Shown here: positions 24,341-36,310 of the stretch, in pieces
Layout of the letters: each line of letters starts with the position of its first letter
Numbering within the stretch: the stretch's first letter is position 1
Origin: Lama glama
Lineage: Eukaryota
Assembly: GCA_028534125.1 (NCBI GenBank)
Contig: CM052817.1
Coordinates: 96,350,001-96,414,000 of the forward strand
Length of the DNA: 64,000 nucleotides
Direction of reading: 5' to 3'
Position numbers and translations under genes: made by a program
The notes under the pieces: generated by a model
Seen by the model: only the letters and a program-made list of their open reading frames with translations
Databases searched by the model: none
Told to the model about the DNA's origin: nothing

Positions 24341-25439
24341 CAGAACAAAGGAGGATTTATCAGACTGGTACAGGATTGTAAAGGACCGTGGGGCTTGGCA
24401 GATGGGCAAAGAATTCTTGGATGATAGTGAAGAGAGCTCTCTGAAGTGGCTTATCAAGGATCTTTGTCTGGACCAAGAGTTAAAACCATGAGAAGAAACC
24501 TAGTGAATTGGGAGGATGTCTAAGGGATGAATGGTTAGGGGTCACAGAGTAACTTTGGTGGATCAGGTGGAATGAGAGAGGTAACATGAATAAACACTGA
24601 CAGCAGTTATTTTCCACACAATTTGCAGTACGATTCATCATATGCTGTCTTTCGGCATCTCCTTCATAAAGTTTTATTTATATCTTTCATTATTATTAAC
24701 TCTATGCCTTTTTCATCTTGTTTCTCTAGCTATATTTTAAAATTATTTGACGACAGGGACTGTCACATATTTTTCCACATTTCACATCTGATAAAGTGCT
24801 ACAGACAGGGTGTTCAATAATTATTTGTTGATTTAATGTTAACATCATTTTGATGTGAAAACAGCTCAAGGGCTTGGAGATGATGCAGTACTGAGTGATC
24901 TCACGGGGGATACCCCTGTGTTGGGGAGTGGGGCTGAAAGTCCCCAAACTGAAAAAAGAAGAGGACTGTGAGATCAGAATCCTGGTTGGATCATCCAGAT
25001 GTATCTGAGTTATAGATGCTAACTCATTACAGGGTTGAGAAGGAAAGAATGTTTTATAGCAAGGATACAAACTCTCTCTTTGCATTAGAATCACTCCACA
25101 TCTGTACCTAAACCTTCAAAATATGTGTCTTGCTCATTGCAAAAACTCAGTGACTGCATTCAGGCAGAATTCAGGTGCCTGAGTGCAGGTACCTATTCCT
25201 CGGTGAAGCCCAAAATGTGAACACACCTCCGTGCAGGGGCTTTGTATATTTATTGGGATAGTTCCTTTTGCACAGGTGCACAGCTGAAAAATTCCCATAA
25301 AAAATCAAACCGTAACTTCTATTTCTAGCAATATCTAGTGTTCTAGAGAAAACCTTCCACAGTAGCACATCATACCAAAAAAATTTTAATAAGCTCTATC
25401 AAGGTAAAATTCATTGAGTTTGGGCAAACATAAGTCTTG

Positions 25440-25690
25440 AAACCATTATCATATCTGATATGCAATATTTCCACCACCTATTTTCTTGTTGGATAATATT
25501 CCATTGTATGAAAATTGTATGTTACAATTTTTTAATCAATTCATGAGCTTATGGATATTTAATTTTTAAATTTATTATAAATAAAACCGTTGTGATCATT
25601 TGAGTACAAGTCCTCGTGTGGATATATAGAGATATATTTTATCTTGGGAAAACACCTAGGAATAGCATTACTGGGTCATATGGTAAACAG
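25440..25690 (-). mobile_element. Old L1 fragment
   Basis: 'ataatattccattgtatg...gtacaagtcctcgtgtggatata...tcttgggaaaacacctaggaatagcattactgggtcatatggtaa' is the antisense L1 ORF2 end. Confidence 0.75.
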
Positions 25691-27349
25691 ATCTTTCTGC
25701 GGAAGTGAATCAGCAGATCAGCAAGAACATGACGATTGTTGGAAGCTTTAGAGTATGGAACTATTTCACAGTTTTTCTTCCCCTCTGATTTCTGGAATCT
25801 TAGCAACTTAGGAAAGCTAGGAGATCTTTAATTTCTCCCTTTTCCCATCCCCAGACTAGAGGAACTAACCTAGAAGACGGGAGAGTAGGCAGAGACCTGG
25901 AACCATGTTTTCACCACCCTGTTAGAGCCTACAGTCATAAACTCCACCTACATCAGGAGTAAGAAAGAAAAGTTTTGGGTGCGATTGAGATCAGAGATAA
26001 GATGACAAGGACAAATCTTAAATACACAAATGGTACTGGACAAATAGCTGGAAGTAGCTGAGAAGTGATGGCATCCTGCCAAGGTGTTAAGGAGAGGTTG
26101 ACTCTGACAGCAGTGGGTGATGAGAGATTTAAGGGGGTCATGAGTAAAGACGTGAAGACCAAGCAAGAAGCCTATGAAGATCTGTCAAAGGATGAGAAGG
26201 GTCTAATGATTCTTATAAGTTTGTTAGTTAGAAATACGACTCTGGCTAAAATGAAAAAGGAAGAGATATGTGAATATTGTTGGACACTGTGGTACAGAAT
26301 GATTGAGAGACTTGTCCACAGTTACAGTGTTGGGATCATGAGTCAGAAAACCCACCTTCTATTCCCCAGTTCCATCATTTACATGGACAAAGCATTAAAC
26401 TTCATTGAACCCCGGTTTCATTCTGTAAGGAGTAGACAATATTTATTTTAAAGGCTTTGGTAGGGCTCAAGCAAGATGACCTATGAGAAAGCATTTTGAA
26501 AAGTTAAAAATGTAAGACTGCATCATTAACAAACCAATACAATTAACCTGATTTCTGTATATTAAACCTCTAAAGTATTTTCTTTATGTCAGGCTGGTGA
26601 GGTTAGATGGTCAGGGAAACGGGGAAGAAAGCAAAGGCAGATGAAAGAACTGCATTTGGCCATCATTTTGGCCAGTGTCAAGAGACAGGCAGGAATCCGA
26701 TTGCCTGAAAGCTCACACGCACACCTTTCATCCTCCTGGCAGGTGGAGCACACAGCCTCCACCCAGCATAGTCTCACTTACGCGCAGTTTTGCAGATAAG
26801 GAAGCTGCAGCTGCTCACTTGCGAAAATATTTCCAAAGCCACTAATAAAAAGGTAACGTGCTATGTGCTATGAGAGATGACAAGCGCACCTTGGGATGAA
26901 TGACGGGTAAAGAACTGTCATCTCTCTTCTCAAAATCAGGCTATCGCCAGCTCATGTGGCTTGGCACCTGTGGCTTGTTAGCAATTACGTGTGGAAGTCA
27001 GCCCATTCAAAGTTGCCCCTGTGGAGCAGTTTGAGGCTCTTGGCCTTCCGTCTGTCTTTATATGCTTTCAGGGCACTCCAATATGTGTTTGAGAAGAAGC
27101 TTTAAATATCAGTTTTCTCTCTCTTTTCCACATTTCCTCCCATTTTGTTTTTAAGTGTGATCTGATTAGTTTTTAATCCAGAATTCAAGGAGGAAAGGGA
27201 ATAGCAATCCCTTTGGGTGTGATGACTTGGGTTATACTTGGACTCAGTTTTGGAATAAATTTTGTGATCCTGATTCATAGTTGAATTGGTGGGTGTTTCA
27301 AAGTTGTTTGAGCTACAACAGGGCCTTGTTTTTCGATAAGTAATATTAA

Positions 27350-27510
27350 CTATAATAACAAAAAATTATTTTTTCACTTAAAATGTACCAGGCACTGTTC
27401 AAGTACTTCATATGAATCATCTCATTTAATCCTCAGTACAATGCCATGATTAGCCCCATTTTCCATATGAGAAAACTGAGGTACAAGGATGTTAAGTAAT
27501 TTATTTACTT
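27350..27510 (-). mobile_element. MIR SINE
   Basis: 'ccaggcactgttcaag...ctcatttaatcctca...ccccattttccatatgagaaaactgaggtac'. Confidence 0.8.
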
Positions 27511-27742
27511 GATATGTATAATATACACACTTATATTTTACAGAAATACAAAGTTATACAAAATGCCAAATGATTTCCTTAAATCACAACATTCATTCTG
27601 TAATTCCCTAGCCTAAAAATCTTTTAATAAACACCCTTTGTCTATCAAATTAAGCGTTAATGCCCTATCCTGACATAGCAGAGCTCTCAAATTTTGATCC
27701 TACCTCCCTTCTACACCCCTGCTTTCCAGCAATTTCCTAACC

Positions 27743-27959
27743 CAGTCGTCCTCAACCAAGAGTGAGTTTGCCCCCTGGGGGATATCTGGCAATGCCTGCA
27801 AGTGTTTTGAACTGTCACAAGTTGGGAGCTGTTACTGGCATCTAGTACATAGAGGTCAGTGACCCTGAAAAACATCTTGAAATGCAAAGAATAATCCCTT
27901 CCCATAACAAGGGATAATCCAGTCCAAACTATCAGTAGCACCAAGGTTGAAAAACCCTG
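27743..27959 (+). mobile_element. MER20 (hAT-Charlie MITE)
   Basis: Terminal inverted repeats cagtcgtcctcaacc / ggttgaaaaaccctg. Internal 'tactggcatctagt...agaggtcagtga' is typical of MER20. Confidence 0.88.
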
Positions 27960-28056
27960 ACCTAATTTATTCTCTAGACAAACAGGACAACTTGCGGTTT
28001 CTTAAATAGCCTCTGTGCGTTTCATCTTTGTAGCTTTCTTTCAATTACTCCAATAA

Positions 28057-28533
28057 TGTAATAGGGAATAACAGAGCTGACTCCATGTTGGGTCTGTTTC
28101 TTCTACTGTAACCTTCACATTCTATCGCATTGCTACAAGCTAATCACTAACGGGATGCTTAAATGATACATAATGGCCCATCTCTGGGAACCCTGCCTCC
28201 AAAGTAATGAGTGTTAAGCTGAAGTACCTTTGTTTAGCTCACAGGAGACATCCCGACCAGACCCACCTGTGAACGACTGCAGGCAGGAAGGAATGAACAC
28301 ATCCCCTTCGGAGGCTGACTGGAACCAGGAAATGTTTGACTTTACTCCCTCCCCTTTTAGTATAAAAGAAGCATTAATTCTAACACAGGCAAGATGGTTC
28401 TTTGGGACACTAGACCACCATCTTCTTGGTCTGCTGGCTTTCCAAATAAAGTCACTATTCCTTGCCCCAACAACTCATCCCCGGATACACTGGCCTGTCG
28501 TGCGGTGAGCACATGAGCTTGGACTCGGTAGCA
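28057..28533 (+). mobile_element. Solo ERV1-class LTR, MER41-like (477 bp)
   Basis: TGT...GCA termini with a perfect 4-bp TSD ataa (28053-56 / 28534-37), TATAAAA at 28361 and AATAAA at 28445. The 3' end 'ggcctgtcgtgcggtgagca...gcttggactcggtagca' resembles MER41-type LTRs. Confidence 0.85.
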
Positions 28534-28583
28534 ATAAGGTACTTGTCCACAGATCATATTCTCAGTCGCAAGGGCAAGGTGAT

Positions 28584-28740
28584 GGTGGTTTTTAAGCTTT
28601 GCTGCACACTGAAATCAACTAGGGAGTTTTAAAATTCCTGCTGCCTGAGTTACATTCTTAGAGATTTCTATTTAATTGATACAAGGATTTTTAAAGGTCC
28701 TCAGGTGACTCAAATGCATAGCAAAGTTTGAGAACCATCA
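28584..28740. mobile_element. MER5A-like hAT MITE
   Basis: 'gtggtttttaagctttgctgcacactgaaatcaactaggga...caggtgactcaaatgcatagcaaagtttgagaacca'. Confidence 0.75.
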
Positions 28741-29505
28741 TGCTAGAGATGTTAATTTCACAGACAGACTGAGTCTATGTCCTAGCCACGCCCAAGTCCT
28801 TCCCCAAGGCCCTTTCACTGCCACAGACTTAGAGCAATGCATATCCTCAGTAAATGATTTTGGCCCCGGGAGGACACTGGATTATCAAAATTTGATTATG
28901 TTAAGAACAAAGCACCCTTGTTGTCTAGAAGGGGTGCTGAGTGGGTCACCATGGAAAACCATCAGGGCCTGGTGCGTTAGTCAATCCTCTTGGACCACTG
29001 GAATTTAAAGCTTTGCTTCTCCTGTTTCATCCCTAATTTAGGTTTCTCATCATGTCCATTCAGCTATGTGGAGAACTGGGACCTACGCCACTCCCCAAAG
29101 AGAGGGAGAAATCTCCCTTGGCCTGTCTTTTAGGGGCTTTGATACAGGTGCACTTACCGCATATGAACTGGAGCAGAAATGCTTGAGATAAAGTGGGGAG
29201 AGCAAGTACAAAAGAGAGAAAATCCTACATTTACTACTGATGATGGAGCATCCAGGTGGCACTGAGGGCTGTCCTGGAATGCGTTACTCTGCACGTCAGG
29301 GTCCTCACTATTTGGCCCTCCACCTAAATGCGGGGCGTGATCGTGTGCAGTTGTAGACGGCGGTGTGTGGGCATCCTATGTGCTCACCAGGCCAGTTTAT
29401 TCTGTGTCTGAAACTATTTTGCAGTGCTTCCCATTTTGCCATTGGCTGGTTCATCAGCTTCAGAAATGAGCATTACCAGACAATATTAAAAGAATACGTA
29501 GTGTT

Positions 29506-29639
29506 GGGGAAGGGTATTATAGCTCAGTGGTAGAGTGTGTGCTTCGCACGCATTAGGTCCTGGGGTCAATCCTCAGCACCTCCATTTAAAAAATAAATAA
29601 ACCTAATTACCTCCTGCCATGGGAAAAAAAATTTTTTTT
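29506..29639 (+). mobile_element. tRNA-Ala-derived SINE (vic-1-like, long form)
   Basis: A box 'tagctcagtgg', degenerate B box, tail 'aataaacctaattacctcc'. Degenerate TSD aaaagaatacgtagtgt (29488-29504) / aaaggaatacattgtgt (29640-29656). Confidence 0.9.
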
Positions 29640-30999
29640 AAAGGAATACATTGTGTGAAATTCAGTGAGGACCAACAGCGTCTGCGTGGTGTTCCTAACC
29701 AAGGGAATGCCATATTTTCAGAAAATGCCACCTGTAGTAGCATCTTTTCTTGATTTCATAGATTTCCCCAGAAAAACAATCATGAAAGCAGCTCCTGAAA
29801 TTCAAGGCCTTAGGCATTTATAAAAAAGAACTTCCTATATGAGATGAGAACATTTTCTGCTGAATTTTTAAACACAGTTCATGGGGCCCCCTATAGTCAG
29901 AATGAGTTTCATGCTGAGATTTTTTTTTTTTCTTTGAATAAGTTTAGAGCTGGCATGGCAGATAATGAGGGTGCTTTAGCATGCACGACAAGGCAGGAGT
30001 TAATGTCTCTGGTTGACACCAATTCTTACCGAGCTAAATACTGCAGAAATGAAAAGTAAGATTTGCTACTTCCGTGTAAATTTCATCAGAGAAGAAAAAA
30101 TACTATAAGGGACAAAATCAAATTCTCCAAGTGAATTTTTAAAAATGTATTTTATAATAGGCATTATTCTAACTTCGAATCCTTGAGAAAGACTTAAGAT
30201 GCTGTGGTTTGGTGCCTGATGTCCAATAAAGCTGTTTTCTGTTCATAGCATGATACTGGCTTGCTAAGCTTCAGCTCAAGGTCACCTGACACTCTGTAGT
30301 CAATTCTCTTTGAGCATGAGGCTTTGAAAGGAAAACTTATCACAAAACACAGGGTCCCTTTCTGTACTGCCTGGTCTCAGTGAGATGCTGTAAATAAAAC
30401 ATTGGTGAACTAAAACACAAGCAGACAGATCTTTGGAAATGATCTGGAAGAAATCTGGATAAACAAAGAATTGCTTCTGGGGAACCTGGCAGGACACATC
30501 AGCCCACCTTGTCCTAAGTGTAACTGATCAGGAAGTTACTGGTAGTTACATCACAGACGCAGGGAAACAAATGATCTCCTGGAAGAGCTCTTGTTAGGGA
30601 GACTTAACCACATCACTCCCCCTGCAGCCCTTGAGATAACATGTTTATACAAAACAAAGCAAACGCACTTGTAAATAACTCTCCAGACACAGGCGTGCAG
30701 TGGAGGCATACTATGAACCAGGGCTTCATTCGCTTTAGGTAACAGGAAAAGAGGCATGACTGCAAGATTCCCGATCCTTGTAAACTCTAGGTTCTGATTC
30801 ATTGGGACTCACACCCAGAGCCTGAAAGTCTGATTTAAGTCCCAAACGCTGCTCCCTTCCTGCTCATCCTTCAATGGTCTCTCCTAAGAATCGTCTAGTC
30901 TGTAATTCTTACAAGTGAAAACATTTTCTCCAGTTTTGATCAAATCCTGTTTTGAAAATGATAGAGTAGGTGGCATTTTATTCTCATTAGAGTGCTGTC

Positions 31000-31160
31000 A
31001 TTTGCAAGCCCTGTGACTTTGCACACCTCCCTTGTCTGTGAAAACGGGTATAGCAATACTCTTGCTTCTTGGAGTTGTGAGAATTGAATGAGCTCACGCC
31101 CATAAAGCCCGTGGGTGGTATCTGACTGCTAGTTTGGGATTTATAAATGTTAGCATAGAC
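31000..31160 (+). mobile_element. MIR SINE fragment
   Basis: 'ctgtgactttgcac...tctgtgaaaacgggtatagcaatac...gttgtgagaattgaatgag...ataaatgttagc'. Confidence 0.65.
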
Positions 31161-32759
31161 AAGGCCAAGATAACATTCCACAATTGCATCAAACTTCCCT
31201 AACTCATCGGGATACCCCATGAAACCCATTAGAGTTTGTTCTGTTTTCAAATAAAAAGGAGAGGTGTGGTACAGTACATTTCCCTAAGATCTCTGGCTTT
31301 ATTCCCTTTAGATCTACCTTTATAGGCATCCCAGTTCATTGGTCAAAGCTTGTTTTCACGGTGGATCACACTGCATGACACACGAGTGAGCGGTGGAAAC
31401 AGCCTCCTCTGAGGTCGTACTGCTATTCTGCCTTTTCTCGTTCACTTTTTGTTAACTAGCAAGGTGAAATGAAGGTCATGGTGTCTAGGGTCATCCCATG
31501 ATCTGAGAAGTACTTTGACAGCATGCTTCCAAGAAGTCCCTTGACCCCACGCTCCCACTCCAGCCAAAGACCAATGAAGATCGTAAGCTTGACTAGTCCC
31601 CTACAGGGAGGGAGTGGCCCTCCATGGGTGTTAATGACACCAGAATTGATTACATCAACAGGGACAGCCTTCCCCCTCCTCAGCTTCCCTCGAAGCCAGA
31701 GAAGGAGAGATGTCTCTCCTGTATCACTTCCCAGTTATTATTTCAGAAATGGTTTGGTGAACACTTACCTAAAATTGGAAATTAGGGTTAATGCAGAGAG
31801 CTGTGAATTCCTTGGGGCTTACATAAACAAGGTAGGCTTGGTGTGAATTTGAATCACCTACAAATGTCACTCCTGGATATCCAGGAGGTTTTCTAACTGG
31901 CTGGACCTGCCCTTACGCGAGAGAGGAGTCAGCAATACCTATTAAGTATCTCATTCTCATGGAGGAAATTTTTTGTTGTTTAGTTGAGCTCTGTAACTCA
32001 TTTCCAAAAGCACCCAAATAGTTTAAATTTTTATAAGTTTGCATGCACCGATCACTTCCCTTGAATAGCTAAGTAAGGAAGGCAGGGAGGGCTGAAGGGA
32101 AGTTTTCCTGTGAATACAGTGTTTGTGACTGGATTAACATTTTCCTGCTAGAATTGCACGTCCTCTTAGCTCTCAGAAGGTCCCAATTAGGCCTGACACA
32201 TTGCCATCATAGCGCACATATTCCCCATAACAACCGTATTAAGCTCAATTGGTGCTGTGGGAGTTTTAAAGTAGGTTTTCAACCTGTGTGGGTGGACAGA
32301 TTCCTCCTTCATCACCCACACGCCTTCCCCCAGCCCGTCGCAAACTCCTATTATAACACCCTGCCTAGGAATATGCTAGCTGCCGACACAGTTCGTGTTT
32401 ATTTGTCAATAATTTTATAAGCCTGAAACACAGAAAACCATCCTGCCTACACTGGCTAGAAAAAAATCACACTAAAATACTGTAGATTTTGTGAAGCAGG
32501 TCAGAAGTTATAAGAAATTAGCCAGTTGAGAACTTCAAGTTTTAAATATCCCCGAACGAAATTTAAATAGCTTCTATCTGATGAGAAGACTGAAAAAGGA
32601 ACCCCATCCATGAAGCCATTGCTTTGCTGAACTGATTTCCCCACCTGTGTTAATTTGTTATTGGGCATCGGGACATGCACAGAAGCACCCATCAACTCAC
32701 AAAACATCCATTTTTTGGTCAAGATTCTCATTCACGGGTCCTTCTCAAGTCAAGATGAC

Positions 32760-33480
32760 TCATTTGTTTACTCATTTTTTTTCAGTAATCTTTTACTGAG
32801 CTCTTATTAAATGCCAGGCTGTCTGGTGATATATGTTTGAATAAATTCTCATGCTACTTAAATTTTAAGGCAGGAGAGAAAAACAATAAAAAATTAAACA
32901 AGAAAACAGCAGGTGGTGATAAGTGCTACATGATGAAAATAATCAGACTGATTTCCTAGAGAGCTCCCAGGGGCTATTTTTCCATGGGTAGTTAGAGAAG
33001 CCTTCTCTAAAGAGGAGATGTAAGCCAAGGCCTTCATGATAAGAAAGAGCATGCTTTGTGAGCACAAGGGATTACCAGGTATGAGAACAGCTGGTGCAAA
33101 GGCCCTGTGGTGGGGATGAGTTTGGCACGTGCTTGGCATGGGAAGAAGGTAAGTGTGAAATGAGCACAGTGGTAAAGGCAGGTAGTAACGGGTGAAATGT
33201 AAGAAAGTTAGGTAGGTGCCAGGTGAGGCAGGGCCTTTGCAGGCCAGGCGAGGAGGTCAGGTTGTACTTTACATGCTACAGGAAGCCCTCGAGCGGTTTG
33301 AAGCAAGAGCGTGACATGATACGATTCGTATTTTTACAAGATTACTTTGGCCTTTCTGTGGAGAACAGAATGTAAGGGGCGAAAGTAAGAGCAGGAAGGC
33401 CAAGTAAGAGGCTACTGCAGTAGTTTATGTGAGAGATGATAACACTTGGACTAAGGAGGTAGCAGTGGAAATGGAAAGAA
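32760..33480 (-). mobile_element. LINE-2 3' region
   Basis: 'tgcaaaggccctgtggtggg', 'gtttgaagcaagagcgtgacatgat', 'aagattactttggc' and 'aggctactgcagtagt' are all antisense L2 hallmarks. Confidence 0.85.
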
Positions 33481-34495
33481 ATTTTGAAATTTCAACACTT
33501 CTGAGGTAGTACTGCTATTCTGCCTTACAATCCACTCCCTCTCCCCTCATCAGAATCCCACACACATAATATTCATTCATTTATTTTATCATTAACGATA
33601 GTTCATTGCACACGAACTATGTGTCAGATGCCAAACAAGGCAGTAAGGACCCACTGAAGATAAATGTCAGCTATTTCCAACACATCATTTTGCTCAGTCG
33701 TCAAGATCAAACCACTTCCTCCTAAGAAACCGGTTCTGAACAAGATGCTATTTCATGCTGAAGTCTCGCACAGAGAAGGCATAAGAAAAGCATGGGGATT
33801 AAAACTTACAGGCAGAAGAATTCTATTCTTTAGTTTAATTTTTCTGCTTACAGTCTTTCCTTATTCCACAGAATTCTATTTGCTGATTTCATCTCATGCG
33901 TATCCCCTCATCCATCTTCATGGCCGATTAGAGGACCAACGAGGAGAGCTTCGCTGTGCACTTTCTAGGAGAATTGTCCCAATTCTCAGCTCCCCTGACT
34001 TGTTCTGCTGGTGAGATTGAATGAGACACTCAAACACTTTTGTTTTGTAGGCTTGAGTCTCAATAATTAACGTTACTACCACTCCTCTTCCCCATTGTCT
34101 TAAGTGACTCTTTTCAGCACCTAACCTCTGTTCTGATAATCAAAAGTTGAGGAGCTAATCCTGCAATCCGATACTGAGCCTGCACATTCTAAATGAGAAT
34201 GACAGTGTTCTGCCATCCAAAGCAGGGCAGTGCTAGCCTTAGGAATTTGTTTTAGAAATTCCAGGTCAGGCACAATTTAAAGGCCTTTCCAGATCTGTAG
34301 AAAAATAGTCTCGAATCTCTATGTTAGTTCTTTGAAGAATTAGCAGCGACTGCTTCCTTTCTATTTATGAACTCAACCTTTCCTATCAGACTGTCTTGTC
34401 GTGTGTCTAACAATCGAGTCCTTCCTATTATTTTGTGCTTTTATCATTTATAATATGATTGATTCTTGATGCACAGTGATTCAACTTACTGTGAT

Positions 34496-34530
34496 GTATA
34501 ATCTCCAGGGCAAAGTCCTGGAGATTATAC
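34496..34530. repeat. Perfect 14-bp inverted repeat with 7-nt spacer
   Basis: gtataatctccagg-gcaaagt-cctggagattatac. Confidence 0.95.
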
Positions 34531-36119
34531 CTGTATTATTTATTTACCACTCTTATCGAAGACAATGAACCAACCGCGCTTCCTGACTGGGATGCAACTG
34601 ACCTGACCCCTTAGTCCAGAACTGCCCACGACAGGTCCCACCCCAGAAGTCCCCAGTGCCTTCCTCAGGCTTCTCTGAGGATCTCTTGGATAAATGCGTA
34701 TCATTGGATCTTTTCTCGCTTCCCTATTTGATTGATAAACATGCTAGAGAATGTTATTTATAATGTCCCAGTTACAAAAATGTGATTACAACATTCTATT
34801 CTGTGTGATGTAAAAGTATATTTCTGACAGTTGGTTCAATGGTATCTTTGTGGCACTAGTTTCTCGATCAGGAAAGTAGCCCTCTATTACCATGAACCCC
34901 AAATCTATTCAGCTAGTTGAACAACTGAAAGGCATAATGTGAAACATGATGAAACAATACAACAAATTCAAAATAATTTAGTTCTGAATGAGATATTTTA
35001 CATTAACGTCTCATATAGAGAAGGCTTTAAAAATATGGGGGATGGTTAAAAATTTTAGCAGAGAGAATTCTATCAATTAATTTTTTTCCTGTCTAGCTGA
35101 AAAAAAGATCACTGTCATTAAGTTTTAATAGTGAAATCCCATGGTCTAGCTTGCAGAATAGGAGCAGAGTCTGAAACTCATTGCTCTGTTGTAATATTGT
35201 TTATATTATAATAAATACAAATCAGATTTATTTACAGTGTTCACGTTCAATTCCTGGCCAGAATGCTGAGAATTGCTTGTAGTAAAATGTCCTTAGCAGA
35301 GGGCTCCACATTGAGATAAAGGCTTTGGAAGAAATCAACTTTACTCAGTACATTGTGCTTCAGTTTAATGATGTCAAACATATTTGAGGAGTTGAACTTA
35401 ACATTCTTAGGGGCCCCTTGTAGCCCTGAAATTTTGTGATTTCATATTAAATGGCTTAGGTTACAGGATAACCTTGTAATTTGAAAAATGTTTCACATTT
35501 TGCTAAGCCCAAGGTGCACAGGCTGTGTGTTTGCAATTTCATTTCCATAAGCAGCCTGAGGGGCGGTGTCAGACCCTTTGGTAAAGCGTGTCTCTAGGAA
35601 ATCTCTTAAAGTCTGAAAATAAAAGCAGATTAGGGAGCAGGGAATGTAAGTAATATACATACTAGAATCCTAAGAAAACCTCTCAGAAAAGGTTTTTTAA
35701 TCTTTTGATAGTTTTGCAAAGTAAGTAGGCCATGAGTGGAGGTAAAAACATCCTTTTCAAAGGCTCTCTTTTCCAGCCAAGATGACGTGGAAACTTACGT
35801 CAGGGATCAAAAATATTTGTGGAAAATTTATTTTGGAAATGTGTAGACTTTAAAATTGGCATTTTAAATTGAAAATTGACTACACTTTAATTAAAAATAA
35901 GAATTTTTAAAAAGTAGGCAAAGATGTATCTAGCAGGATGTTTATTACTGCTATATTTGTAGTAATGAATGTTGGAAATAAAAAAATAAAACAAAATAGG
36001 TATTTTTAAATGTAACTGCAATAACAGATACGTTCTAATCATTCGAATTAATTGTTATTGATGGGTTTGTGGGCAAGGGGCAGATTTCACATGTACTGAG
36101 ACCCTTAATTACTGCCAAG

Positions 36120-36310
36120 GAAAGAGCTTGAGTGTTGGCATCTGGGAGACTTGGTGTTGGATTTATGGGTTCAGCCAGCTAACCAGCTGCGCAAAAGACT
36201 AGTTTGGGCAGGTTGCTATGGCTTTCCCAGCTGTAAACTGGAGATAATAATAGCTACCTCATAGTTGAGGACTAAAAAGTGACAATATGTGAAAAAACAC
36301 TGAACGCTAC
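36120..36310 (+). mobile_element. MIR SINE
   Basis: 'ttgggcaggttg...ctgtaaactggagataataatagctacctcatag...gaggactaaa'. Confidence 0.7.

Noticed and set aside
26794..26813. GATA + ETS + E-box cluster (agataaggaagctgcagctg)
   Set aside because: The E-box is on the wrong side for the canonical TAL1-GATA composite, and short motifs alone are insufficient.
33502..33523. let-7-like start (tgaggtagta)
   Set aside because: Only the first 10 nt match, the rest diverges, and no precursor hairpin is evident.
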